NCBI RefSeq assembly: GCF_006345805.1
Contig: NC_043010.1
Coordinates: 59,210,001 to 59,274,000 of the forward strand
Reading direction: 5' to 3'
Length of the DNA stretch: 64,000 bases
From: Octopus sinensis
Taxonomy: Eukaryota
A program made the translations under genes and the position numbers. Numbering within the stretch: the stretch's first letter is position 1; each line of letters begins with the position of its first letter. Shown here in pieces: positions 52,857-64,000 of the stretch. The notes under the pieces were generated by a model. That model made no database searches and was not told the DNA's origin. It saw nothing but the letters and a program-made list of their open reading frames with translations.

Positions 52857-53477
52857 TAATAATATTAGCAAAACAGCAACTATTTTCCCCTTTGTGACTG
52901 GAAAACATAGTGCTTAGTACACAACCACCATCTCAACTTTATTTTTGCTACACCGTATTGTGTATACATAGGAAGACTGAGTGTTACAAGATTAGCTACA
53001 AAAATATTATTCCCTTATTGGAAAATGAATTTATATTGAAAAATGCGCACACACACACCACACACACACACACATTAGAGAAAATATTTCTGCTACCATA
53101 TTCTGATTTTTGAGAGATAGGTCCAAATATATATCTAATTCTAAATGTTACTAATGCTTTCTGGAACTCTACAAATGCCACACATTATTTTTTTTTTCAC
53201 TTTTACTATAATATGAAGCATTCAGGCTACTAATAAAGATATCAATTTTAAAAGTAGTCAACCAACAAAATGAAATGTTCTTCTGTATTTAGTTACATTT
53301 CTCTACATTTTGCATTGAGTTCTGTCAGTGTCAACTTTGCCATTCAGTCTTTACAGAGTTAAAAAAAATAAAATACCAGTAAAATACAGGGTTTGCTATA
53401 ATCAACTGTGCCCCTCCTCACCACAAAATCTGAGGCTTGTGCATTCTTAAGAAATCAATATTATACAGAACATCTTC

Positions 53478-53922
53478 ATTGGTCTTCTGTTTAGCTCATG
53501 CAGCTAATCAGATTCTCATTAGCACAGAAAGAAATTACTAAAAAAGAGAAGCAGTCCCGTTATTAATGTTATTAAACCAAATAATTATGTTGAGCAATTG
53601 ACTATTGCAGTTATATAAAAATGTATCTATATCTGTACGTGTATGAAAATAGTCATTGACAATAGCAAACAGACACCATCTTTAAGGATAAATACATGCA
53701 GACTATTATTAGATGGACATACTCCCACAAAACATACAACTTCAGTGACACATGCAACCCTCTCCTAGCAGCAGACTCTCTGCCTGACGTGCTACACTAC
53801 TCCATCACCATAACAGCCATTGTCACACCATTACAGCAGCACTTACAATGGATCTTTCTACAACAATACATCTTTCTCTTTCTCACTGAATAACCAATGA
53901 TATAATTATTAAAAAGGTAAGT
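53478..53922 (+). promoter_or_regulatory. Putative promoter + leader exon for gene 7 (copy F)
   Basis: ATTGG 53478, CTAAT (variant) 53504; block 53750..53916; donor 53917. Confidence 0.75.
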
Positions 53923-55502
53923 TTCTATTTAATCTTTTTATAATCTCGTTTGATATAATTACTCCTTAGTATTAAATCTATTTGGACATATTGAATACAA
54001 AGAATAGAACAAAGAGATTGAACAATAATTCATTTATAATTTTTCAATAATGTTCATATGGCTTTTTTTAAAAAAATTAATTGAATATTATTGGTTAAAA
54101 TTTTTAGTATTTTGCATTTATTCCATAGAAACAGCATTATTCATGTCTTTGTAATATTTGATTTATATATTGATCAGTAACAAAAAGTCTATAATGTAAT
54201 ATTATAATGTTGGGCTGCTTTTGTTGTAAGGAAGATATAATATTGTAAGTATATAGTCGATGCTATACAGAAGGTATCTTAACTTGTATGATACAAAATG
54301 TGCAGAATGATGCTACAATATCTTTAAACCTGTTTATAGCATGGTAGATTGTAAGCAATTATGAGGCAAAGGTTTGTTACAATCTTGGGCTAAGGATAAT
54401 GGCTGATGTTTCATAGCTATCAGAAAGTGAATAGAAATGACAGAATGTGGGAAAAGAATTTCATATCCTTCTGTTAAGTACCAGCTCTGTTTTGAGTTGT
54501 AATAATTAAAAAATATTTTCATACTCAATTAGAAATAAATTTTTTAACTTTTGTTAAAAGTATCTGATAATTTCATAACATCTGTGAAGTACGTTTTGAA
54601 AGGAAATTTATCATGATCTTCATCCTTTACGTATGACACATATTTTCACTTATCCATGCATGTGTTTATAAATATGTCAAGATTTTATGATATGATATTA
54701 TACCTTGCCTAAATGTATTGTGATTAGATTATATCAAGCAGTCTTTTTTTTTTAATGTTCTATTCAATATTGACTAATATTTTGGGGCCACCTGGTGTTT
54801 GTTTTGTTTTAAATTTTTATTTATTGCAACCATAACTTTTCCCATATTTTCTGGACAAGTTATATAAGTTCAGTACAAAACCGAATAAACTGTTCTTGGT
54901 GTGTCTATGAGTGTTTGGATGTGTTGTTGTTCTATCGGTCAGTTGTGAAAAAGATTTCTAATGTTCATGTATCCAGACGTTTCCAGATTGTCAGAGATGT
55001 TGTTTCGTTGATTTGTACTTACATTATCTCATGTTTGTATCCGAAACATTTTGATTTCATTGTATGCTATTTTGGATATGGGGATTAAGATTTTCAACAA
55101 ATCCGTATGAATTAGTTTCTTTTTATGTACGTATTAAAACATCATTTATTTCATCTACCCTAAGTAAGCCAAAAATTAGGTTAACCCCAGCAGTATTGCA
55201 ATTTTCTTGAATCATATATAAAGCATTGACCAGTTACCTATGACTTGCAGGTGGTTTGTTGGTGATATATATCTTATTAATCATTATTAAGTGATAGACA
55301 TCAGAAATGGGGAAAGGCCAAATACGATGTGTTGTTACATTTAATTACGTTTCTTTACAAATCCCATAAAAGTCAATAAAATAAAAACAGGTTAATATGA
55401 ACTTTCTTTATAACATACATTTTCTGTAAATTTGTCCTGCTAGCAATTATAACTGCTAATATCTGAAAGAAATTGTTGTGTGACTATTTTTATGAACAAA
55501 TT

Positions 55503-55860
55503 CCCTGTGGGATGAAGTTAAAAGAATAGACAGAGAACACCAGTGGGAAATACGAAAACTAAAAGAAGCAGCACATATGCTAGGACACAGCAACCTCCTA
55601 AGCAGACCAAGTGCTGATATGAGCAGCATATGGGAACCGGTATTAAGGAATGATAGGAAAATATTAGATAAGTAAACCCTAAAATTCACTCCATAATTGC
55701 CACGGGCATATGGTGTAGTGATTAAGAGCGCAGGCTACTAACCCCAAGATATAATAATAATAATAACATCGAAAAGTACCTTAGTAATGAGAAACCAGGT
55801 TTGAAATTTCCCCCAAGACACCTGATGAAGGCTGGAGGGTATATCAGCCGAAACATTGTT
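55503..55860 (+). mobile_element. Penelope-like element 3' fragment (GIY-YIG C-terminus + terminal region with hammerhead-like core)
   Basis: LWDEVKRIDREHQWEIRKLKEAAHMLGHSNLLSRPSADMSSIWEPVL resembles PLE endonuclease C-termini (W..V.I.D.E..W..RK.KEA...S.IW.P.L); CTGATGA-A-GGCTG..CAGCC-GAAAC at 55822-55854. Confidence 0.7.
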
Positions 55861-56800
55861 GATGAAAGGTTCCAGTGTGATGGAGAGACAAAGAGTCAGA
55901 AACAAAAGTGTCTTGTTGTAGAGGAGGTACATGGTTACCCAGCCAGAGAGAGAGAGAGAGAGAGTGATCAGGAATGAGGAAAGAAACAGGTGTGCTGCTG
56001 TGGAGGAGATACCTGGCTATCCAGCCTGAGGGAAGAGCAAGACAAAAAGGGAGAGAGAGTATGGGGGACAGCAAGAGCACAAGAGAGAGAGAGCAGGAGA
56101 GAGACGGTGGTGAAGTGCTGGCACATACTCACAAGGAAACAAGGATCAGAATATAAATGGGTAAAGGAAGAGAGAGAGGCAGGTGGTGGCAAGTACCTTC
56201 AAGGTATAGAGGTCATAATATAAGTAGCAGGGTATTACCAAAGAAGCATAAGGGCCAAGAGTAGTGCAGTGGCTGGTGAAAACCTGGGTATATAGATGGG
56301 GTAGGGGACAGTGGGATAGCAATGATACAGGGAGCAGAGCCATGAGGACAGGATTGGAGAGTGAGAGATAAGCCTAGTGTATGAAGGGGTAGGGTGTGTG
56401 GAAAGTTTTATTACATGTGGTTGGAACATATTGTGCTTCTAGAACGCAGTTTTGCTGATGTGGGTAAGTTTTCTTAACCCTTTCATTACCAAAACCAGCT
56501 CTGGCTCTGTTGTACAAATATCTTGTTTTCATAAGTTTTGAATTAAAATCTTCCACTAAACCTTAGTCACAATTTATGTTCCTAACATTAGCTGAATGAT
56601 AACTAGGTTATTTTACTAAATTGTTTGTTATATTTGAAAGTAATTGAAAGAAACAGAGAGCATCTCAATGGAAATACGGGAACAAAAGGGTTAAGAACCT
56701 CCTATCACCAGACATCTCAGTCCATTGTCATCTCCTTCATAGGGCCCAACATCCTGAGATCGGTCCTCACCACTTCATCCCATGTCTTCCTGGGTCTCAT
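55860..56800 (-). mobile_element. RTE-like LINE 3' UTR fragment on the minus strand, split by a MITE
   Basis: Purine-rich on + strand; 56750-56795 is the reverse complement of cccaggaagacatgggatgaagtggtgaggaccgatctc (PRKTWDEVVR). Confidence 0.6.
56478..56690. mobile_element. piggyBac-type MITE
   Basis: TTAA at both ends (56474-56477, 56691-56694); terminal CCCTTT...AAAGGG imperfect inverted repeats; no ORF. Confidence 0.8.
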
Positions 56801-58012
56801 GTAGTGAGACATGAGTTAATTTCTTAATAAACATCAAGATATTTAAGATCTGGTATTTGGCTGCAAATCTAAATTTCCAATGAGTTTCTCTAGTGGTTGT
56901 GAGGCAAGGGTAGAGATCCCATAGTTGTATGAATGCTGTTTTCTGATCGGCATTAATTCAGCAATGTTTTGTTGTCAGGACAAACAACTGATGTGTTTAG
57001 ATCTCTATGTCTTCTCAGGAACTGATTTTTGCCTTTCGAAACTCGCATTTCACCACTTGGTCACGTGTATCCTTCCATGGCCAGCAGTGATTGAATGGTT
57101 CGGGTGTAGCACGACTGTGTTATGTCACCACAACAAAATAGTGCTGACATGTCTCACTACAGACTGACAACAAAGAGATTATACAAAATATGTGTAATGC
57201 TGTATGATTATGAGTGCTGGGTAATAAATGTTGATGGCCTGAGTTGGTGAGAAAGAAGTAAATTCCATGTTGGTTGTGCATTGTGACTCTGAATGGAAGA
57301 CAGTGAAAAAGAACTAAACATTAAAGTTGCATGTATGGAAATAAATTGATTGATGAACAAGATGTAATTTATCAAAGATTGCCTACATCATTTTGACCCA
57401 TCCTGTCATAAAAGGTAATCTGTTCAGATCAATATTTTTAGACAACTGTTGAACAGAATATACAAGCACACCAAATCATTTAAGTTGACAGTTTTTAAAT
57501 TTTTTAATTTGTTATTCGTAAACTATGTTAAGAAGAAAAAAAGATAATAGAAGTCATAGTTGAAAGACATGCTTCTGTGTCATCAAAATCAAATAATATG
57601 CAGTTAGATCCTATGTGATCTGTCATCCTCATGGATCATATACAATCTGATTACATGTTGTACGATTTTGACAATATACAAACTGATAAATTAGATACAG
57701 AACTATTTTTTCAGCTAGTAACTTAGTATATTTTACAATAACCAGATTAAATACATATCCTCATATGTAATTACTCAATTTCTTTAGTGGTGTAGCATGT
57801 ATTTCTTTTGAATATATGATCGCATTTCTGCTTTTGGATACTAAATTCAGAATGTTAGCAATTGTTTTTCTTTTTCTCCATTCAAATCTATTATTATTGT
57901 GCAATTCTGAATCATATCAGCCCAAGTAATGAAAATATTAAAGTTGTATTTCTTTTTTCAGACTCAATCATCTGCATATCTGGAAATCTTCACCTTGGAC
58001 CAACAATTCAAC

Positions 58013-61000
58013 ATGCTCCTGTCATTGTCCATTGTATTGTCACTGGTCCACTGTGTCCTGACCATAGACCTTACCTACCATGTGGAAGAAGAGAGAAGTC
58101 CAGGAACGTATGTAGCAGACATTGCTGCCGATTCTAAACTTTTAGACAATGTTAAACCATCTGACCAACATTTGATAACATTCAGTCAATTCAAACGAAA
58201 GGTGGCACAGTTATTTAACATCACCAAAACAGGTAAACTGTACACTGCTCAGACACTGGATGCAGAAGATCTCTGCACATTCAACAAAGAATGTTCTAGA
58301 ACTGTGAAAGTTATTATTAAGAAAATGGATAGTTTCACAAAAATATTAAAAGTCAAAATTGTAATAGAAGACATCAATGACCACGAACCAGAGTTTCCTA
58401 TAAAGAATGTGAATATACAGTTTGGTGAACATGATCGCAAAGGTTCTGACAGATCAATACCCAATGCTATGGACAAAGATGTTGGATTTCAAAATTCCTT
58501 AATACAATATAAATTAAAATCAAAGAATGGAGAACCATTCTCTCTATCAGTGTCTAAAAGAGCTGATGGTATTTCTTCTCTTAAAATAGTTTTAAAAGAA
58601 ACATTGGACAGAGAAGTCAAAGATACATATTTATTACAGGTGATAGCTAAAGATGGAGGGTCACCAGCAAAACAAGGTATTTTGAATATAAATATCTCTG
58701 TAACAGATTTGAATGACAACCCACCAGTATTTTCAAAACCTCTGTATAATGTATCCATACAAAGTACACATCATAAATCCAAACCCATCATTGTTTTGTC
58801 TGTAACAGATGCTGATTCTGGTGAAAATAGTAAAATTTCTTTCCATTTCAGTCCAAAAACATCAGATGTAACAAAAAGCTATTTTCAGTTAAATGAAACC
58901 AATGGAAACATTTTATTAAATAAATATACAAGTTTGGGGAAAAAGAAAACCTATGAATTGTTTGTAGAGGCCAGGGATGGAGGCAGCCCTCCACTCAGTT
59001 CCATTGCAACTGTTTTGGTAAATGTCATCAACCAACACAATAATCCTCCCTCTATGGATATAGATTATGTCTCTGCACTCAATTATAACACAGGTACCAT
59101 CTCTGAAAACATCAAAGTTGGTAGTTTCATTGCTTATGTGATGGTCACTGACAATGATGTGGGACAAAATGGAGAGGTCAGCTGTGATATCAAACATGAT
59201 ACATTCAAACTACAGTCAATGGGGTCTAAAGAATATAAAATCATTCTAAACAAACCAGTGGACAGAGAAACACAAGGACACTATAACATTCCTGTCTCCT
59301 GTCAAGATAAAGGATTACCTCCTCTTAAAAGTGTTAAAAGCCTCTCTATCCAAGTGACTGACATCAACGATGTACAACCACAGTTCACCAAAGATACATT
59401 CCAATTCCTCACCTACGAAAACAAAGATAAAGACTTCCCTATTGGTTTTGTCAATGCCACTGACCCTGATCTTGGATCTGCTGGACAACTCACATATTCT
59501 CTGCTGCGTAAAGAAAAATCCAATCTCCCATTTCTCATCACCAGTTATGGCTTCATTTCAGCGACCATGTCATTGGACAGAGAGAAACAAGATGTGTATA
59601 AGTTTGAGGTTTTTGTCAAAGACAATGGAAGCCCATCTCTGAATGACACAGCGAATGTTGTTGTTGAGATTCTAGATCAAAATGACAATGCTCCGTATTT
59701 TACATATCCTAGTAGTGACCCTTACACGCTAAATGTGCAGTACCATCCGCAGAGTAAGAGTGACATCACAGTTTTGAGAGCCTCTGATGGGGACAGTGGA
59801 AACAATGCTTTCCTCAGATATGCAATCATACAAGGAAATGATAAACAGTTGTTTAGTATGAACTCACACAGTGGTGCTTTATCCTTCTCCAGACAAGTTT
59901 ATCTAAATGATGCTGGAAGTTATGAGCTGGTGTTTGTTGTGAAGGACAGTGGTAGTCCAGTTCAGTCGTCAACAACTAGTGTGACTTTGGTGTTGGCTGT
60001 TAGTAACGAGACATCACCAATGTCAAAGAGTGGACCTTTACAATCTTCAGGTCGGGTCCATATGACATGGGTTATTATCATTGTATCATCAGCAGTAATA
60101 ATATCAGTGGCTATTGTTGTTTCTATAACACTGTGTATTATGAAATGTATTAAACACAGAGATAACACAGCTGCTGCCACAAAGAATACAGCCTACCAAG
60201 GTAGAGCAGAGATGAAACAATTGTTGTACCAAACTAACACTTCTGTTGCTATGTCGAGGAATGCAGAAGAGATGGTGAAGCGGAATATCTATTCTGAGAG
60301 ATCCAAGAGTGAATGTTATGCAGAAGGTCAGCTACAGAACAAATATGAATCTTCAGTTCAGTCGAGAACTTTACCAAAACCTACCCCAGTAAGTGGAAAC
60401 ATTACATTTTCTCTCTGTAAAAGTGAACAATGAAATCTCTTTGAAATGTTTTAACTTCAATAATACATTCCAATATTAAATTGTTCTCTTTCCATGTTGA
60501 TTGTAACTTCCATTGTTTGGTGTCTTCTCACATTTCTTTATCGTTTGTTTGTCAACAGAAATACTGTCAACCTGTTGTGGTGACATCAAGTGATGATGCT
60601 GTGGAAGATAATGCTACTATGGTTTGTAACTATACATCAGATACAATGTCATCCAAGAGAAGTGGTAGACAAGGAGACCTGAAACATTACGAAGAAATAC
60701 CAGGAGTTTCAGGTAAATAACTATATTGATCATGTTTTACTTTGATCTCATCTCAAATGTAAACTTTAACGTCAACTAATTTGTAATTTAGTTTGAGTAA
60801 TATCATCATCATCGTTTAACGTCCGTATTGTTTTTATACTTGGGGAAACATGAAACATTATGAAAAAATACCAGAAATATCAGGTTAGTAAGTAAATCAG
60901 TAATATTTTTGTTATTATATCATTTCAGATATAGAGATTTAATAGCAATTATTCATAGAAAATATTATATGCTCAAATAGGGTGTTTGAAAGAAATTTGG

Positions 61001-61249
61001 GAATTAATATTGATATATTTTACAATAATTTTCAAGAAATGTTGATTTTCTTTCTGTTCACATACTTCTAAATATATTTATCTGAATGTCTTTTTTTCCC
61101 TTTGTTTGCAAATATATACAAACAGGTCCTATTTTTAATACTGTATAGTCCTATTTTGTTTCTAAATTCCAGATCAAAATATTTATAAAAACAATGATAA
61201 TCCCACATCAAAAGATTCCAGTGAAGAAACACCAGTGAAACATGTATAA
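58013..61249 (+). CDS. PCDH: Protocadherin gene 7, join(58013..60388,60559..60712,61173..61249), ~868 aa
   Basis: The ORF-track start (57929) is intronic; acceptor tttcag|57962; homologous ATG 58013; last exon DQNIYKNNDNPTSKDSSEETPVKHV*. Confidence 0.92.
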
Positions 61250-61827
61250 CTATATTATTGATGAGACATAATTTCTAATTCCTATATAGATATAGGATAG
61301 AGATCATTCAGTACACATATCAATATAGACATCTCTCTTATCTCTTCTGTTCATTCCCAAAGACTGAAGGTTACATAAATCCTCACCATTTCTCAGATAA
61401 ACATGAATTTCTCTCAATAAATAGAGTTCATTCTGATTCTTAATGAGATATTTCAGTGTAATAATATTAAGCTTATATAGATTTAATATAGATTTTAATA
61501 TAGATTTAAAAACTGAAATATCATCTCCACATAATTTTATTTCTCTCTGTAAAATATAACATAGAAATTTATTAACATCTATTAACTATAATGAAGATAC
61601 AAACTGAAGAAATATTGTCCTCTCATTTCCAAATTTGGTATTGTAGACAATGACTTCAAAATAGTTAAATAGTTTACAAAAAATGACCTAAAAAATTATA
61701 TCTAGTTATCAATATTATTTGTGTCCTCAAGAAAGTTACGAATGTTATACATCCTGTGTTCCCCTATATTAAAGCCTCCTGCTTACTTTTTTTTTTTTTT
61801 TAAATCAACATTAAAACAAATATTGCC

Positions 61828-62243
61828 ATTGGTGTTCTGTCTAGACCATTCAACCAATCAGATTCTCTTCAAAACATAAAAAGAAATCACTGACAAAGAT
61901 AAGCCTTCCCATTACTGATGTTATTAAATCAAACAATTATGATTAACTATAGGTTATTGTAGCTATTTGAATATGTAAATGTTTATGTAAACATCATTTT
62001 GAAGGATAAATTCATGCAAAATATTATTAGATGGATGTACTAATAACATTGAACATACAACTTCAGTGACACATGCAACCCTCTCCTAGCAGCAGACTCT
62101 CTGCCTGACGTGCTACACTACTCCATCACCATAACAGCCATTCTCACACCATTACAGCAGCACTTACAATGGATCTTTCTACAACAATACATCTTTCTCT
62201 TTCTCACTGAATAACCAATGATATAATTATTAAAAAGGTAAGT
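61828..62243 (+). promoter_or_regulatory. Putative promoter + leader exon for an eighth protocadherin beyond the window (copy G)
   Basis: ATTGG 61828, CCAAT 61854; block 62071..62237; donor 62238; no cadherin exon follows within the window. Confidence 0.7.
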
Positions 62244-64000
62244 TTCCATTTAATCTTTTTATAATCTCATTTGATAAAATAAATCTCACTGAATCCCTTT
62301 AGCTATTGTTTTAACATATTTGATATTAACATGAGAACAAAGAGATTGAACAACATGAACAATATTTCCTACATATTCCTCAGTAATGTTATCTAAATTG
62401 TTTTATCTCAAAATTAATTGAATGATATTATTTAAGATGTTTAATATTCAGACTTAATTCCATTGAAGCAGTATTATGTTTCTCTATAATATCTGGTACA
62501 TGTATCGATAACTAACAATAGAGAACAGTTTACTTAATAAAGTGTTATAGATGTGTTTGTTTTACTGTAAGAAAGATGTAATCTTGATGGTATATGAGGG
62601 CTATGTATTAAAGGATTTAATACAAAGCATGCAAAAACATGCTACAGTTCTTAAATATATCTGCTAACAGTATATAGATTGTAGTAGAAATGAGTCAGTG
62701 GTATGTTAGACATTAGGCTGGACATAGAACCACTAGGAAGGAACAAAAATGGTGTCGTGTATTGCTAAAGTTCAGCAGTTTTAGAAATTGGTGAAATATA
62801 TAGGATAGCATTGAAATATATATGTATTTTATGCATTTTCTCCCATGCTCAAGCATTTTAATTTATTTATAAGGACAATAAAAGTAAGCAAAATTTAAAG
62901 GTAAATTTAATATTCAAGATACTCCAACAAAATATTTATCTTTATTATTATCATTATTCAGTTTTATGAAATATTAAAAGATTTAATATTACAAGAACAT
63001 TATTTTCGTTTCATTGGAATACTGTGTATACCTACTCTAAAACTGTGCATTCATTGTCATCGTTGTCATCATCACCATCATCATCAATGTCTTCTTCACC
63101 ATGATCCATGTTTTGAGATAACGAATATTATTTCTATCATAGGCTATTGTATTGTAAGTGAAAGATGTTGCATAGCATTGAAATATAGAAATATAATTTA
63201 TTTCAAAATTATATTTTCATTTTCCCTTTTTGCATAATTTTTTTTAATGGGTTCTACTCTTTACAGGAAGATAATCTGTGTATGTGTCAGTAAATGATAG
63301 GATGTGTGTGTGTGTGTGTGTTGTGTTGAACAGTAATACAAGGTGTTACTCATAGACAAAACATTGACGTAATAGCAAATGTACTTCCAACCAATGTTCA
63401 TCTATTGTTAGAGCCCCACAATTGAGTTTGGATTTGGACTCTTACTGTACTATTACATCTCGAACTAGTATTCTATTATATTGACCTCAGTACTTGACTG
63501 GTATTTTATTTTATCGACCCCAAAAGGATGGAAGGTACAGTTGGCTTTGAACTCAATGTAAAGAGCCACAACAAATACCACATGGCACACACCAATGAAT
63601 CTGCCAATCCACCATGCTACCCTGAATGTTACTTTAATAGCTTCAAATTCTATTTACATTTATCTTTCTGTAATATTCTTAATGTTCCTATCATTGTCCC
63701 TACTAAGCTTTTAAATGTTCCAATTTTAGAATATGTACTGCCGAAGTTAGTACACTAAGCTTTTAAATGGACAATAGAATAATTGTAGGCTCCATGAAAA
63801 AAACACAAAAAAACTTCAAATCCATAAGAGATACAGCAATAAAGGCTCACGAAAGCCTATGTGTTCGACTGTAACATTATTCAATACAAATTCAATTTAT
63901 ATGGTACTTTTTAAGATCAATAAGACCACTAGCATAGCTGGTGGGGATGGGGGTGATCCGCACCAGGTGGCACTTTTGGGTCTGCTTTAGGCAGTGTGTT

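Noticed and set aside
53696-53893. 65 aa ORF across the leader block as a conserved micropeptide
   Set aside because: Its ATG and frame are not preserved in most other copies (indels upstream of the block).
63960-63973. CTCF-like 14-mers (gcaccaggtggcac here; also ~54786-54799 reverse and ~20929-20942)
   Set aside because: Isolated, not at equivalent positions in the units, one inside a SINE and one at the window edge in probable repeat sequence.

Overview
Eukaryotic, AT-rich animal genomic DNA, most likely a coleoid cephalopod (Octopus-like; inferred from the gene family and repeat types). The window holds seven head-to-tail, + strand, full-length protocadherin genes spaced about 8-11.5 kb apart, plus the leader element of a probable eighth. 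Each coding unit has a large exon (signal peptide, EC1-EC6, TM, proximal tail), a 170-172 nt intron, a 154 nt exon and a short last exon ending ...SSEETP(V/I)KHV* (frameshifted in gene 2). About 0.5-1.9 kb after each stop codon lies a repeated non-coding module: an ATTGG-N21-CCAAT pair followed by a 167 nt block, almost invariant between copies, ending in AAG|GTAAGT. I read this as the promoter and leader exon of the next gene. The genes are near-identical in most of EC1 and from EC4 through the short intron and the 154 nt exon. They differ as a patchwork from the end of EC1 to the start of EC4. EC3 lacks the residues needed for a Ca2+-bound EC3-EC4 junction. The introns are full of RTE-like LINE fragments, tRNA-derived SINEs, a Penelope-like fragment with a hammerhead-like core, a piggyBac-type MITE, a long hairpin and microsatellites. 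All exon models are read from sequence alone; there is no transcript evidence.
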